From Trichoplax sp. H2 (taxonomy: Eukaryota), in NCBI GenBank assembly GCA_003344405.1, contig NOWV01000001.1:620001-684000 (forward strand): DNA of 64,000 nt. Direction: 5' to 3'. The first letter of the stretch is position 1. The number at the start of each line of letters is the position of its first letter. Below are positions 62,601 to 64,000 of this stretch, piece by piece. Made by a program: the position numbers and the translations under genes. The notes under the pieces are model-generated. The model was not told the origin of the DNA. It saw nothing but the letters and a program-made list of their open reading frames with translations, and did not search any database.

Positions 62601-63243
62601 ACTCAACAGTTACTCAATAAAATGCATTCAAAATATGAACGTGAAAAATATGTTAGAAATGTGCATGCTACTTGGCGAGGTAATTCTAACTACTTCACCG
62701 AGTTCCATTTGCAATGACTTACCTTTATTATTATTTTCAATTTTTATACCTAAAGATAATACTTATCAAGTTGGCCCAAAGGTAGATATAAATCATAATT
62801 TCTTAGTACTTTGGGAAGCGAAAAAATGATTTTATCAAATTTTAAAATCCTTCCTGACTTGATTAGAACGTTAATTTACTGCTGCTGTATGATAAGTTTC
62901 TGTCATTACTTTTTTCTACTATAGTCCCAATATAGACGACATCGAGAGTCTGCAGAGAATTTAGCAACAGAAATATTAAACGACGTCAATAGTAGAATCA
63001 AACCTGTGCCAGAGCCAGTCTATGATGATAGGATTCCCACAGAAGTCCAAATAGAGCGTGGTCAGATAAAGCACAGACATGGTTACCAGCAATTATTCAG
63101 GCGAAGGGTAGATGAACATACTATTAGCATACGTATACTTGAGCAACGTGTGTTATAAATTTATTTCTTATGTATTCTTCTCTTTATTTTAGTCATTATC
63201 TTGTGAATATTTCATGTCATATACTTTTATCGATGTTAGATAA
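56695..63243 (+). CDS. Uncharacterised multi-exon protein with an N-terminal degenerate EF-hand-like pair and a charged, helical C-terminal part
   Basis: Phase-compatible GT-AG exons: ~57712-57816 (ACDADLHRTVNMYSAEYNRKNILRAIEALRNRQLR), 58082-58160 (LAYQLYEEDDLTGLKLNEDIIMKTIK), 58510-58551 (LCGRVIAPLRLYHE), 58681-58754 (IRNLKK..VYYEFIDILLR), 60405-60480, 60698-60769, 61020-61118, 61266-61328, ~61486-61572, 61761-62120, 62371-62427, 62592-62679, ~62757-62782, ~62925-63107, 63193-63243 (SLSCEYFMSYTFIDVR*). The 5' exons (56695-56741, ~56904-56925, 57371-57439) and the start codon are tentative. Confidence 0.7.
59923..60095. repeat. Direct tandem duplication, 86-bp unit x2 (intronic)
   Basis: agaattgatttac.ttaatagtt.atttactttt...gattt.tctgct.atgcatg.gcatacg at 59923 and 60009; partial third copy near 59867. 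Confidence 0.8.
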
Positions 63244-64000
63244 ATAATAGCGCTTTATTCCACAAGTTATCAGCTAAAATCATAACGCCTACACGTGAAA
63301 ATGTTGTTAAAATTTTCTTACAAGACGTAAAAGGTTTCAAAGATTGCATATCGATTAAAGCGTAATTCTATCTATTGTTCGATCATATTCTGTGCCCATA
63401 TTTCACGTGTATAGCATATACGCGTATGTGTACATAACACATACATTTACCACATCTGATATATTCGTGTCGCATAGTCATGTTTGTAAATTACGCCTTG
63501 TATTTAAACTTGAAGTGATACAATCCGAGACATATCGTATTCATTATAATCTCTATTAATGAATTTATGATATGTAAATTGTACAATGGAGATCGACAAA
63601 TGGTTAATTTAATTTTGATTGTCATTTTTGATAGACTGAAATCTAAAGATGTCTATTTATACAGAACATAAGCAATTTTGAAACTGTTTGTGATACTAAC
63701 TTTTTGAATAAAATTAAAGATTCAGAAAGTAAAAACAGCATTCAAACGCATAAAATCAAAATTAATAGCTTTATTTTAATGACTTACATAAAATCAATCA
63801 CTAACGGTTAAAAATAATCTACAACTGTCATCAGATGTATATTTTCAAAAGTATACCAAATCTTGAGATTGATCCACTTGTAGTAATAAACAATGGATTA
63901 TAAATATAGCGACTATATAGGTAATTAAAGCAGGCTGTAAGTTGCAGCCCATTACAGCCGTTGCAATAGTAAAATTTATTATTTATGTTAAAAAATTTTT

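Overview
AT-rich, intron-dense genomic DNA from a compact-genome animal, with many short GT-AG introns and no operons, rRNA, tRNA or CRISPR. Gene content, small introns and abundant CAGTA/TACTG pentamer tracts suggest a placozoan such as Trichoplax; this is an inference, not proven. Hand-splicing gives, in order: otoferlin-type ferlin (-, 2788-19556), RSPH10B MORN radial-spoke protein (+, 20125-26026), a decayed EGF-repeat gene relic (+, ~27667-28370), a reduced-domain peroxidasin (-, 28714-34520), NDUFS5 (-, 35378-35753), HADHA (+, 37325-43852, ~32 exons), ANKRD29 (+, 44708-47811), TMEM65 (-, 49525-54883) with a 69-bp minisatellite just upstream, and an uncharacterised multi-exon gene with a degenerate EF-hand-like pair (+, ~56695-63243). 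Six genes form three head-to-head pairs, and each shared promoter carries orientation-switching CAGTA/TACTG tracts plus NRF1-, YY1-, CCAAT- or X-box-like motifs. Main points for follow-up: this pentamer promoter architecture; the peroxidasin structure (4 LRR, one eroded and one intact Ig, a candidate furin-site tail exon, no vWC); and linkage of ferlin, HADHA, PXDN and TMEM65 that mirrors human 2p/8q. Most short ORFs in the supplied track are exon fragments or noise. All exon boundaries were read by eye.
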